A DNA stretch of 64,000 nucleotides from Candidatus Saccharimonadota bacterium (GTDB taxonomy: Bacteria > Patescibacteriota > Saccharimonadia > Saccharimonadales > DTSZ01). A program made the position numbers and the translations under genes. The stretch's first letter is position 1, and every line of letters begins with the position of its first letter. Under the pieces are notes generated by a model. It did not search any database, was not told the DNA's origin, and was given only the letters and a program-made list of their open reading frames with translations. This document shows positions 37,144 to 45,734 of the stretch, piece after piece. The DNA is taken from NCBI GenBank assembly GCA_012965045.1, contig DTSZ01000001.1, positions 684,024-748,023 of the forward strand, written 5' to 3'.

Positions 37144-37244
37144 GCTTATCTCCTCTTATGACCACCCATTTAAATTTGTAAATTAATTATATTATAAAAA
37201 ATAACTAACTGTGAAATGTAAAACGAAAACTGTAAACTATAACT

Positions 37245-38330
37245 ATGTCAAAAATAGCCATCGACGCCAGAACTCTGCCTTCTACCAGTGGGCGGTATTT
37301 GCGGGGGTTGTTGAAATATTTGCAAGAGATCGACGATGTTAATGAATATTTTATTCTGCTGCGTGATGTCAATGATTGGAAGCCGTCAAAAAAGAATTTT
37401 AAAATCGTACATACACCAATTGCCGACTTTAGTTTTGCCGAGCAATTTAAACTTAAAAAAATTTTAAAGACTTTAAAGCCCGATTTAGTGCACTTTGGGA
37501 TGCCACAATACCCACTGTTTTATTTTGGCAAGCGCGTTAACACTATTCACGACTTGACCATGATCAACTTTAAGCATCGTCACTGGCACCCGGTAGTTGA
37601 CTACGTAAAACGGTGCGTTTTTAGGCTCGTGATGTTTATGGCCACTCGCGCCAATGCTGTAGTAACTCCTACCCGCTTTGTTAAAACTCAAATTGTTCGC
37701 AGCTACCGCGTTGACCCATCAAACATTACTGTCACCTATGAATCCGCCGAAAAACTAAGCGTTACCCCCAAAGAATACCGCCCCATGAAAGGCAAAAAAT
37801 TCATCTTTTACGTGGGTAACGTAACGCCGTATAAAAACATAAAACGGCTAATTCAGGCGTTTGACATTGTTAAATCTAAACACCCCGACCTGCATTTGCT
37901 GGTTGTTGGTAAAGAAAAACGGTTCCACGAGGAGCTAAAAGAGCTTGTGCGCTATGACGGCATCAAAGATGTACACTTTACCGGCTTTATCCCCGACCAG
38001 CAGCTGGCTTGGCTTTACAACAATGCTCAGGCCTATGCGTTCCCTAGTTTAAGTGAAGGTTTTGGTTTGCCTGGCCTGGAGTCTATGCATTACAACTGCC
38101 CATTGATTTCGTCTAACGCAACCTGCCTGCCAGAGGTTTACGGCGACGCTGCTCACTACTTTGACCCGAACAAGGTTGAAGACATCGCCCGTGCAATTAA
38201 AGAAGTGCTTGGTGATAAAAATCTAAAAAAGAACTTAATAGCTAACGGCAAGAAGCAAATTCAACTCTACAGTTGGAAGAAAATGGCCCAGGAAACGCTG
38301 GAAACGTACAAGCAGGTACTTGTTCGTTAG
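37245..38330 (+). CDS. GT4-family glycosyltransferase
   Basis: FPSLSEGFGLPGLESMHYNCPLISS motif; 361 aa. GC content is back at the bulk-genome level. Confidence 0.8.
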   Translation: MSKIAIDARTLPSTSGRYLRGLLKYLQEIDDVNEYFILLRDVNDWKPSKKNFKIVHTPIADFSFAEQFKLKKILKTLKPDLVHFGMPQYPLFYFGKRVNTIHDLTMINFKHRHWHPVVDYVKRCVFRLVMFMATRANAVVTPTRFVKTQIVRSYRVDPSNITVTYESAEKLSVTPKEYRPMKGKKFIFYVGNVTPYKNIKRLIQAFDIVKSKHPDLHLLVVGKEKRFHEELKELVRYDGIKDVHFTGFIPDQQLAWLYNNAQAYAFPSLSEGFGLPGLESMHYNCPLISSNATCLPEVYGDAAHYFDPNKVEDIARAIKEVLGDKNLKKNLIANGKKQIQLYSWKKMAQETLETYKQVLVR

Positions 38331-38336
38331 TAATTT

Positions 38337-38460
38337 GTATTTGGTAAGTGGTGGCTGGTAGATAGACGACAGAAGATGGAAGAAAGATGATGGACGGCAG
38401 AAGTTAGACCATGGAAGATAGAAGATAGAAGTTGGGAGATTATTTAAAAATACCAAATAC
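38337..38460. repeat. inverted-repeat-bounded purine-rich low-complexity element
   Basis: Perfect 10-bp inverted repeat GTATTTGGTA (38337-38346) / TACCAAATAC (38451-38460) enclosing ~104 nt of A/G-rich sequence. That sequence contains GATGGAAGA (38375-38383) and GGAAGATAGAAGATAGAAG. Confidence 0.85.
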
Positions 38461-38521
38461 GATATGCGATATGCGACATACGATTTATTTATATAACTAC
38501 ACATTTGATATAATATAGACA

Positions 38522-38968
38522 ATGAAAAATTTCCTCACACAAAATTTTACTGGTAAAAAAGGCTTGCTTGTAATTGGTGTGGCCTTTTTAGTTATAATTC
38601 TAGGCTTGGTTGTGTTGATGCACGTTAATCAGGCTCGGACCGAGAGTAGACTTGTGAGCGAAGTTGACGCCATCATTAAAGATGCTGGCTTAGAACCCGT
38701 TGAAAATTATTCTACTGATGGAAACTCAAGTTGCATGGATGTTTGTTTTAGTGTGAAGAAAACACTAGAGGCAGAAGATGACAGTAGTTTTGATGCAATT
38801 ATCAATCGGCTAGAACTTTCTGGCAGAGAAATTGATAGTGAAAATTCACAAAATACTAATTTCTATGGTGTTTCAGCCGATGGGTGTAATGGCAGTATAG
38901 GGGTCAAAGAAAGATACAACACATACTTAATAAGCTGTAGTCTTGATCGGGCATATTGGGGTCTGTAA
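38522..38968 (+). CDS. membrane-anchored hypothetical protein
   Basis: 148 aa with an N-terminal TM (LLVIGVAFLVIILGLVVLM). Preceded by TGATATAAT-N7-ATG. Immediately upstream of the cutinase-domain gene. Confidence 0.55.
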   Translation: MKNFLTQNFTGKKGLLVIGVAFLVIILGLVVLMHVNQARTESRLVSEVDAIIKDAGLEPVENYSTDGNSSCMDVCFSVKKTLEAEDDSSFDAIINRLELSGREIDSENSQNTNFYGVSADGCNGSIGVKERYNTYLISCSLDRAYWGL

Positions 38969-38970
38969 AA

Positions 38971-41394
38971 ATGATTTTTAAAAAAATATCGTCCACTGCA
39001 ATGCAGTTGAGTTTAATATTGCTTTTGTTAATTCCAACGACCGTCACTACTGCTGAAGGGGGTGGTTGCCGGGATTTATATGTGATCTTTGCTCGTGGTT
39101 CTGGCCAAAAACATTCATTAGAAAAAGACTACGACCCGAGGGAAAACCAAAAAGAATATGAAGATTACAAACAGACAATCAACAGTGTATTGCCGGATGG
39201 TAATCCGTATCAAATTATTGACCTTGCCTATCCAGCTGTTGAAGCGGGGATATCTTGGAATAGTGTGAACGCGGAATTTGGCGCAGTATGGTGGGGCGCA
39301 TACAGAGAAAGCCAAACCGAGGGCGTAAATAACCTAACTAGCTTACTAAATGGCTTCTCCGTAAGCTGTCCTGATAGTCGATTTATTGTGGCTGGATATT
39401 CCCAAGGAGCTCATGTAGTTGGCGATACTATTTCAAAGGTACCTCCTGCCGTAAGAGACAGAATTGTAGCCGTAAATTTTTTCGGGGATCCAAAATATAA
39501 TTCCCACGACCCCAATGTTATATACAGGGGCACCTCTATAGCGAAGCAGGGGTCGCTCGAAGCAAGAGTGCCATATGTGCCGCAAGATATTTCGTATCGA
39601 ACCACTTCCTACTGTCTTCAATTTGACCCAGTTTGTGAGAATGATTTCATGTCCGCCATCGCAGAGAAAGCTGGTATTGATAATGCGCAAGCAACCCACG
39701 GCAACTATAGCCACGGCTACACTACTCAAGCGGCCAAAGACGCAATCGCTAACTACCTTCTTTTGAAGGATGCTCCTTTGCCCGAATACGCACAGAACAT
39801 AGATTCGTCCCGCAATAGCCATATTGTTAATTTGCGCGCTCACAGCAAAGACATAATTCTAGCAATTGACTTACGGCAACACCCAAACCGGCTAAATGCC
39901 TTCAAAGACAATTCGCAGCAATGGATAGTAAATCTAACAAACAACTCTAATACTCAAGTTGGCATAGTGACATTTGGTTACAGAGATGACCCAGAAAAGA
40001 CTCAGCGTATTTTAGAGCCCACGGAAAATCAACAAGATATACTGGATGCGCTTAAATCATTGCAGCCAGAAAATTATTCGGGAAATTTTAGTGGCGGTGG
40101 CGCCTACGCTGTACGTGATGCATTAGAAAGCACAGACTGGCGCAGCTTTACAGACCAGAGAATAGTATTAATAACCGGTGGTGTGAGCATTCAATACGAA
40201 ACTTTCGGCACGAACGTTTCATCGTACGCTCAGGATTATATTGTTACTGAATTACTAAAACAAAATACCGCACACCTTGATGTAATTTACCTGGGTGGAC
40301 CTAGCCAAGTTTTTAAATACTACCAAAACCTAACTAGGCGGCTTGGTGGAGTTGCTATAACTAATAAACAGGCTAGTGATGTTAGTGGTTACGACAAGTT
40401 AGTTGATTTATATAGGTCTGAGCCTGTGGTATATGCTGGTGAAACCTATTACGGCAATCCACTTATGAGCATTACTTTTAATGCCGAGCAAACTGATCTA
40501 CGGCGCTACAAAGACGAGGACGATCTGCATTGGTTTTGGGATCTAAATAACGACAATATCATTGATGAATTTACTGAAGTACCGAGGTTGACATATTCCT
40601 ACGAGCAACCATACCAAGGATCAATCAACGTACAGGTTGCGCGCCCTGTTACCGTTGGGTATGGAAAAATATGGATCCCTATTGGAAATGCTTCACCGTG
40701 GGTTGAAGTTGGCGAACATGAGCAGAAGCCGATACCTCCACCTGCGCCATTTAATGTTGCGGTTGAGGCGGTTGATGCAACTTCTGTGGAAATAAGCTGG
40801 AGCTTTGATGCTGCTCCGGCTCCGGTTATTGCTACAACTGGAACAGGTAACGATACTCCCGCCTATGGCTTTGAGGCTTTTGTAATCCGTGATCAAGATG
40901 GCTACCCAGTGTATCTAGCCAGCCCTGAGTCGAACAGCGCGCTGTTAACGGGCCTTGAGCCGGGAATTGAATACAGCTTTACTGTCGAGTCTGCCAATGG
41001 CTCCGCACGAGCTGTTTCGTCAGCGCAGACGATAATCATCGATGACATCGATGAACAACAGGAGCCAGAAACAGACATGCCAGAAGCAAACAACAACAAC
41101 GACACTGACAATGCCATCAACACTCAAGAACCACCACGTTCGAGCACTCCGCAGCAACAAGCAGTACTAGCTACTAGTAATACTGCAGTCCAACCGATAG
41201 CCACCACTGATGACACTGCAAGCAGCATTACTCCAATGCCACACACTACTTCAGACAACTCACCAGCAGCAACCAGCACTAGTGGCGAAGTTCTGGCAGA
41301 GACAGATGTTCATGTTGCTAATTCAGTCGTGGTTGCAATTCTAGTAATCGCAACCAGCGCTGGTCTTTACAGACTAGTTATTCGAAAACCATAG
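38971..41394 (+). CDS. cell-surface multidomain protein: cutinase-type serine esterase plus possible vWA-like, PKD-like and fibronectin type III domains, low-complexity stalk and C-terminal TM anchor
   Basis: Signal peptide. Cutinase motifs CRDLYVIFARGSGQ and GYSQGAHV. WFWDLNNDN...LTYSYEQPYQGSINVQV is PKD-like. SVEISWSF...LTGLEPGIEYSFTV is FN3. T/S/P/Q-rich stalk and terminal hydrophobic helix plus RKP. Start set at ATG 38971. Confidence 0.8.
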   Translation: MIFKKISSTAMQLSLILLLLIPTTVTTAEGGGCRDLYVIFARGSGQKHSLEKDYDPRENQKEYEDYKQTINSVLPDGNPYQIIDLAYPAVEAGISWNSVNAEFGAVWWGAYRESQTEGVNNLTSLLNGFSVSCPDSRFIVAGYSQGAHVVGDTISKVPPAVRDRIVAVNFFGDPKYNSHDPNVIYRGTSIAKQGSLEARVPYVPQDISYRTTSYCLQFDPVCENDFMSAIAEKAGIDNAQATHGNYSHGYTTQAAKDAIANYLLLKDAPLPEYAQNIDSSRNSHIVNLRAHSKDIILAIDLRQHPNRLNAFKDNSQQWIVNLTNNSNTQVGIVTFGYRDDPEKTQRILEPTENQQDILDALKSLQPENYSGNFSGGGAYAVRDALESTDWRSFTDQRIVLITGGVSIQYETFGTNVSSYAQDYIVTELLKQNTAHLDVIYLGGPSQVFKYYQNLTRRLGGVAITNKQASDVSGYDKLVDLYRSEPVVYAGETYYGNPLMSITFNAEQTDLRRYKDEDDLHWFWDLNNDNIIDEFTEVPRLTYSYEQPYQGSINVQVARPVTVGYGKIWIPIGNASPWVEVGEHEQKPIPPPAPFNVAVEAVDATSVEISWSFDAAPAPVIATTGTGNDTPAYGFEAFVIRDQDGYPVYLASPESNSALLTGLEPGIEYSFTVESANGSARAVSSAQTIIIDDIDEQQEPETDMPEANNNNDTDNAINTQEPPRSSTPQQQAVLATSNTAVQPIATTDDTASSITPMPHTTSDNSPAATSTSGEVLAETDVHVANSVVVAILVIATSAGLYRLVIRKP

Positions 41395-41470
41395 CCCAAA
41401 CCCAAGCCCATACTCCACCCACTTCCACCCTACATATACTGATACTAAAAAATTCTCTCCTCGCATGAAA

Positions 41471-41534
41471 AAATTATTTTAAATCTATTTTTAACTTATT
41501 TAATAACTATTTTTTAATTATTTTAAAATAATTT
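41471..41534. repeat. AT-only palindromic element, copy B (expanded spacer)
   Basis: Same 13-bp arms as copy A (AAATTATTTTAAA 41471-41483 / TTTAAAATAATTT 41522-41534), with a 38-nt AT-only spacer versus 16 nt in copy A. Confidence 0.85.
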
Positions 41535-41787
41535 TTTATAGAGGTTGTTGTTTGATTCTAACTAGTCGGTTAATAAAGTTTTCTGAAATTACGAGGTTAT
41601 TTAGAGATATCGAGCAACAAAATTCATAAGGCTTGTAATGGTTTTTAGGGTTTATGGCATTATAAAGTTGATATGACCGAGCACGCCAACCACCTCTTGC
41701 GCAAGTTACCAAACACAAGGTACAAGTTACAAAATACAAAAACCCCCAACCTCTTCTTCCACCTATCCAGCTTCTACCTAACCAAGT

Positions 41788-42243
41788 TTAGTCTTTTCGA
41801 ATAACAATGTGGCGGTCGCGGCCTTCACCAACAGATTCGGTGTGGACACCTTCGATTTCGCCCAGGGTCTTGTGTACGATACGGCGGTCTGCAGCCGACA
41901 TTGTGTTTAAGTCCATGTCGGTTCCAGTCTTAAGAACAGCCTCTGCCCACTGCTTAGCTTGTTCGGCTAAACGATCGTTACGCTGTTTTTTGTATTCAGC
42001 GACATCGACGGTAGCACGGACTTCTTGGCCGAAGTCTTTGTTCATAATAGCGGTATTAACAAGGTGCTGAATGGAGCGTAGATTAGTTCCCCTCTCGCCT
42101 ATTAAATATCCGTTCATGTCAGAGCTTGGCACACTTAAATTAAGCACGTGACCTTCGCTGGTGACAGTTACCTCTACATTAAGATCGAAAAATGTTAAAA
42201 AATCCTCAAGATACTTTTTGGCAAACGCTTCAGCTTCGTTCAT
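41788..42243 (-). CDS. jag: Jag/KhpB-type RNA-binding protein (KH plus R3H domains)
   Basis: C-terminal R3H motif (RRIVHKTLGEIEGVHTESVGEGRDRHIVI). Classic position downstream of yidC, with a 4-nt overlap. Confidence 0.8.
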   Translation of the reverse strand: MNEAEAFAKKYLEDFLTFFDLNVEVTVTSEGHVLNLSVPSSDMNGYLIGERGTNLRSIQHLVNTAIMNKDFGQEVRATVDVAEYKKQRNDRLAEQAKQWAEAVLKTGTDMDLNTMSAADRRIVHKTLGEIEGVHTESVGEGRDRHIVIRKD

Positions 42244-43073
42244 TCTTGACTCCTTTTGAACCGCCCACCAACTTTAACTTTTGAAAGCAATGATACTTCT
42301 TCGTTTAGAGCGACTCGCTGCTGGATAGTGGCTACAAAACTACTTGTTAACCAGTAAAGTGCCAATGCCGATGGCAGATTAAGTGCAAACACGACGGTTA
42401 AAATTGGTAAGAACAATGATGCGCTGCGAGCAACAGCCGCTGTTTGCTCGGCTTGGTCGGTAGCTTTGCCGTCTTTAGCGTCTTGTAGGATTTGGCGTAG
42501 GGTTTTGGCGTCGTCGCTTTTTGGTTGCAGCCCTTTAGATTGAGCAAATTGACTAAGACCAGCTAGGACAGCCAAAACAATGTTTGGGTCACGTAAGTGG
42601 ATGCCAAAAAATGTCGGGTCAAACAGTTCTGGATTGTTAATAAGTCTTTCAACAAAACCAAGTTCGGCTACAAAGCCGTAGGCATTATTTGCGATTTGTT
42701 CGGCGAGTGCTGCTCCTTCTACATCAAGTAGCCCTCGCAACATAACAAATAGTGTAATTAAAATAGGTAGCTGAATAATAAGGGTGCCGAGCGATGCCAG
42801 TGGATTAATTTCGCGCTCTTTATAAAGCTCCATAAGCATAGCGGCTTCTTTTTGTTTGTCGCCTTTTGACTTCTTTTTAATTTTAGCAATCTCAGGCTGC
42901 AGCTCTTTCATAGCTTTTTGCTGATGAAGTTGCTTTTTAAGCAACGGCCATAGCAATACACGAATCAGCAATGTGAAGATAACAATTGACCATCCAAAGT
43001 TATTTCCTGGAAGCAATGCGTATATTACAAACAGCGCGTTAAATAATGGCAACAACAGGATTGTTCTAAACAT
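42240..43073 (-). CDS. yidC: membrane protein insertase YidC (short, Gram-positive-type)
   Basis: 277 aa, 5 TM. WPLLKKQLHQQKAMKELQPEI and the C-terminal basic tail are typical. Synteny with rnpA and rpmH. Confidence 0.85.
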   Translation of the reverse strand: MFRTILLLPLFNALFVIYALLPGNNFGWSIVIFTLLIRVLLWPLLKKQLHQQKAMKELQPEIAKIKKKSKGDKQKEAAMLMELYKEREINPLASLGTLIIQLPILITLFVMLRGLLDVEGAALAEQIANNAYGFVAELGFVERLINNPELFDPTFFGIHLRDPNIVLAVLAGLSQFAQSKGLQPKSDDAKTLRQILQDAKDGKATDQAEQTAAVARSASLFLPILTVVFALNLPSALALYWLTSSFVATIQQRVALNEEVSLLSKVKVGGRFKRSQE

Positions 43074-43134
43074 AATCGTCTACCTAACTTCTCTAGTTCT
43101 ACTCGTAGTAGATTAGCATAGACTGCTTACATTG

Positions 43135-43482
43135 TCAGGGGTATAGCTTGGCCCGTTGCAGTAGTTTTTTAACTTCGGTTTCGACTTGATCGAACGGGCA
43201 AACAGCAATGTCTTTATCAAACACAGAAATAACCACATCGTAGGGCTGGCTAATCAGTTGTGGTAGCTCAGATTCGATCACGGCAAACAGTCGTCGACGG
43301 ATACGGTTTCGAACAACCGCCTTTTTACTCACTTTTTTACTAACCAGTACAGAAAAACGTGAATGTGGTGTGCGGCTTTTTAACACACTGGCCGCCATTC
43401 TGCGTCCACGTATCTTTTGGCCGTGTTTTAACGCCGGCCGAACAGAACCGAGGCCGCTGAAACGATTTCGTCGATTCAGCAT
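43135..43482 (-). CDS. rnpA: ribonuclease P protein component
   Basis: RNR motif region (KKAVVRNRIRRRLF); 115 aa; downstream of rpmH. Confidence 0.85.
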   Translation of the reverse strand: MLNRRNRFSGLGSVRPALKHGQKIRGRRMAASVLKSRTPHSRFSVLVSKKVSKKAVVRNRIRRRLFAVIESELPQLISQPYDVVISVFDKDIAVCPFDQVETEVKKLLQRAKLYP

Positions 43483-43633
43483 GGCTTAACGACAAAATCG
43501 TTAGAAGATGGGAGATGGAAGATAGTAGATGGGATTAGTTTCATATAAATAAAAGTATAGAGCAAAAAGACTACACAACGAGATGCTTGTTATAAAAACA
43601 CTCTTGCGTTGTACCTTTTACTTTCACCCTTAC

Positions 43634-43771
43634 TTAGTGAGTAAGTCGCTTGCGGCCTTTGTCTCGTCGTTTCTTAAGAACAGCTTTGCCGCCCTTTGTT
43701 TTCATACGTGCAAAAAAACCGTGGACTCGCTTACGGTGACGGACTTTTGGTTGGTAGGTTCTTTTTGGCAT
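43634..43771 (-). CDS. rpmH: 50S ribosomal protein L34
   Basis: Not in the ORF track because it is under 60 aa. My translation: [45 protein letters not shown], the L34 signature. Confidence 0.9.
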   Translation of the reverse strand: MPKRTYQPKVRHRKRVHGFFARMKTKGGKAVLKKRRDKGRKRLTH

Positions 43772-44051
43772 AACTTATACCTTACTTAATGTGGTGCACT
43801 TGATGCAACCTTAATATCGTATAAAAAATATTGTACTATGTTTTCCACATTTACCCAAGTAGTTTCCACAATTCTAACTGGGGTGGCTTTAAATTGTGTA
43901 AAACTCGACCCCAAGATTATACAAAATGTCTACGGGAATTGTATTGTCAATTTGACATTGTGGATAAGTCTAATAAAAACCTATACTCTCTTATACAAAT
44001 CTGTCTGAGTGGTGGTCAGCGAAAATAACTTAAACACGGAGGTAGTTTGCG
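43772..44051. promoter_or_regulatory. candidate oriC / dnaA promoter region with DnaA boxes
   Basis: Boxes TTTTCCACA (43841-43849) and GTTTCCACA (43862-43870), plus a perfect consensus TGTGGATAA (43959-43967, the reverse complement of TTATCCACA). Located between divergent rpmH and dnaA. Confidence 0.55.
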
Positions 44052-45419
44052 TTGAGTAATGTGCGTTTATGGCAATCTGTTCTGGGAGAGGTAGAGTTGT
44101 CTATTTCGCGCGCAAGTTATAGGACGTGGTTTCAAAACACTCACCTGCTTGAAAGCGGTGAAGATAAAATTATTGTCGGCGTACCAAATGTTTTTACTAA
44201 AAAACAAATGGAAGATAAATACTCGCCAATGCTAAGTGAGATATTTAAAAAGAATAATGTTGAATCGAAAGAGATTGTTTTCAAAATTAGCGACAAGCCA
44301 ACGGTGTCAGCTGAGGAAATTGAACTAACTCCTGAACAAATTCAAAGCCACAGCACTCCAAAACAACAGCGATCAACCACAAAAACACGCAGCAGCACTG
44401 TTGTTACTGCACCTATTAATGGGCGTTATACCTTTGACAGCTTTATTATTGGCTCGAGCAACGAACTGGCGCATGCCGCCTGTAATGCCGTAGCCAGTAA
44501 CCCTGGTGTTAAATACAATCCCTTGTTTTTGTATGGTGGGCCGGGTCTTGGTAAAACCCACTTAATTCAAGCTGTTGGCAACCACATAAAAGCCAATGAA
44601 CCAGATAAAACCGTTATTTATGTAACCTGTGAGCAGTTTGTAAAAGACTTTTTAGATTATATTCGTTACAAGAAAAAAGGTTTTAGTGAAAAGTACCGTA
44701 ATGCTGATGTGTTGATTATTGATGACATTCAGTTTATTGCCGGTAAAGAACGCACAGAAGAAGAATTTTTCCATACCTTTAATGCCCTGCATCAACAGAA
44801 CAAACAAATAATTCTTACTAGCGACCAGCCACCAAAATCGATACCAATTTTAGAAGAGCGTCTACGAAGCCGTTTCGAAATGGGAATGAGTGTAGACATT
44901 CAACCGCCAGATTTTGAAACCCGCTGTGCAATATTGTCGGCTAAAGCTGGTGAGTCTGGTTTTGAGCTTGATGTCGAAACATTAGAGTTTATGGCCACGC
45001 ATGCCCAAAACAATATTCGTGAGCTTGAAGGCTCGCTTAACCAAGTTATTGCATTTTGTGAGCTTAAAAATAGCCAGCCGACCCTTGATGTCGTGAAGAG
45101 TCTAATGAGCACTCAACGGCGCCAACCTAAACGTCTCACCACCAAACAGGTTGTAGAACGTACTGCTAAACATTTTCATATAGGTATCGATGAGCTAACA
45201 GGGCCAAAACGCGATAAGGACATTGTTGTACCCCGGCAAATTGCTATGTATTTACTGCGAAGTGAACTGCACATGAGTTTCCCTAAGGTTGCAGCGGCAT
45301 TAGGACGAAAAGACCACACCACAGCCATACATTCGGTAGAAAAAATCGAACGAAATATTAGTTTAGACGAGAATATTAAAGACGCTGTTAACGATATTCG
45401 AGGTCGTTTGTATGCTTAA
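44052..45419 (+). CDS. dnaA: chromosomal replication initiator protein DnaA
   Basis: TTG start with GGAGG 9 nt upstream. AAA+ Walker A GGPGLGKTHL, box VII, and C-terminal HTH with the signature DHTTAIHS. Confidence 0.95.
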   Translation: MSNVRLWQSVLGEVELSISRASYRTWFQNTHLLESGEDKIIVGVPNVFTKKQMEDKYSPMLSEIFKKNNVESKEIVFKISDKPTVSAEEIELTPEQIQSHSTPKQQRSTTKTRSSTVVTAPINGRYTFDSFIIGSSNELAHAACNAVASNPGVKYNPLFLYGGPGLGKTHLIQAVGNHIKANEPDKTVIYVTCEQFVKDFLDYIRYKKKGFSEKYRNADVLIIDDIQFIAGKERTEEEFFHTFNALHQQNKQIILTSDQPPKSIPILEERLRSRFEMGMSVDIQPPDFETRCAILSAKAGESGFELDVETLEFMATHAQNNIRELEGSLNQVIAFCELKNSQPTLDVVKSLMSTQRRQPKRLTTKQVVERTAKHFHIGIDELTGPKRDKDIVVPRQIAMYLLRSELHMSFPKVAAALGRKDHTTAIHSVEKIERNISLDENIKDAVNDIRGRLYA

Positions 45420-45734
45420 GGCTTGTGGAAACAACATAGTAAAGCTGTGTGTATTGGTTGTGAACAGCCTTGTTGATAAACTCCGATCTTTCCCCACTCG
45501 ACGTATTTTGGTTGATTCATCCACGGTTTATACAAATGTTACACACCAACTTACACACCACTTATCTACACACATTTTATATAAAAGTAATCTGTTTACT
45601 TTTGTTATACACACCTTCCACACCACCTATAACTTCTACATACTACCTTTAATAAATAATAATGTTGTTAATAAAAGAGCAGACAGTTTAGTAAATATTT
45701 TTAATACTGGGTGGAACACAGGGAGAATCGTTTC

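Noticed and set aside
41536-41739. 67-aa minus-strand ORF in the 390-bp gap between the cutinase-domain gene and jag
   Set aside because: It has Cys/Tyr-rich odd composition, no SD or promoter-like context, and no family resemblance. The gap is better described by the AT palindrome plus low-complexity tracts. A small RNA cannot be excluded.
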